Source: Octopus sinensis (lineage: Eukaryota). From it: 64,000 nt of DNA. Shown here in pieces: positions 63,430 through 64,000 of the stretch (within the stretch, counting starts at the first letter, position 1; each line of letters begins with the position of its first letter). The position numbers and the translations under genes were made by a program. The DNA is taken from positions 63,736,001-63,800,000 of the forward strand of contig NC_043003.1 in the NCBI RefSeq assembly GCF_006345805.1. Direction: 5' to 3'. The notes under the pieces were generated by a model that ran no database searches, was not told the origin of the DNA, and saw only the letters and a program-made list of their open reading frames with translations.

Positions 63430-64000
63430 CTTCGCTTTGAATCCCTAGCCCCTTTTTACCTAACTTGCCCTTCTAAATTCCACCATCTCTTGTCTACTGC
63501 ATCACCTGCAATCTGACAAACATCCCACCCACCTCGTTCACATTCCACTTATACCCTACCCCCTTCCATCTTACACGACATAACCACTCCCCATCCTCAC
63601 CCCCACTTAAATATACTCTTCTCTTACAATATCTCAGAGCTTCCATATACACACTTATACCTCCTTTCATTCGTTCATCCCACCGCACACAAATACACAC
63701 GCTTTAATAACCTAGAAAGATACATACGCACATATATACACACTCCTAACACTCACAGACACGCTCACATACGGGCGCATGCGCTCAAGCATCATCCTCA
63801 CTTAGGTCACACTTGTTCTGATTGGCGCCATTGAATCGTCCACTTCTTGCTCCTCTTTCTCTTGTGACATGAATAGCGATCACGCAAATACCTTCGCCAC
63901 TGCTGACACCATCCAACCTCTTATCTCCCTTTGCATCCGCTCTCCGCTAAAAATGACCATTCTTTTTTTCTTTTGTCCTTTCTTCGGCCACTTTCCACCA
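63430..64000 (+). mobile_element. Degraded Penelope-like GIY-YIG/3' region running off the window
   Basis: TCPSK..LVYCITCNL (63489-63515) resembles the start of the Penelope GIY-YIG domain. The downstream C-rich UTR resembles 40160-40200. Confidence 0.45.

Overview
AT-rich, microsatellite-dense eukaryotic DNA. The repeat families resemble those I recognise from octopus (coleoid cephalopod) genomes; the species assignment is inference from memory, not a search. I cannot support any intact host protein-coding exon, rRNA gene, tRNA gene or CRISPR array, and most tracked ORFs are microsatellite or low-complexity artefacts. The window is a layered transposon landscape. It holds several tRNA-derived SINE families, one forming head-to-tail concatemers with a 368-bp higher-order repeat, and a 5S rRNA-derived SINE in two copies. 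It also holds degraded R4/Dong-like and HERO-like retrotransposons with restriction-like endonuclease (RLE) domains, several embedded in microsatellites, plus Tx1/L1-like fragments and MITEs (hAT-Charlie, Merlin-like, mariner, piggyBac-like). Penelope-like ends carry minimal hammerhead ribozyme motifs. The most interesting candidate is at 56.8-57.3 kb: a tRNA-like Pol III head linked through (TAA)n to a hammerhead-bearing tail and enclosed by an inverted copy of that tail, suggesting a ribozyme-terminated, Penelope-mobilised SINE. Coordinates of degraded elements are approximate.
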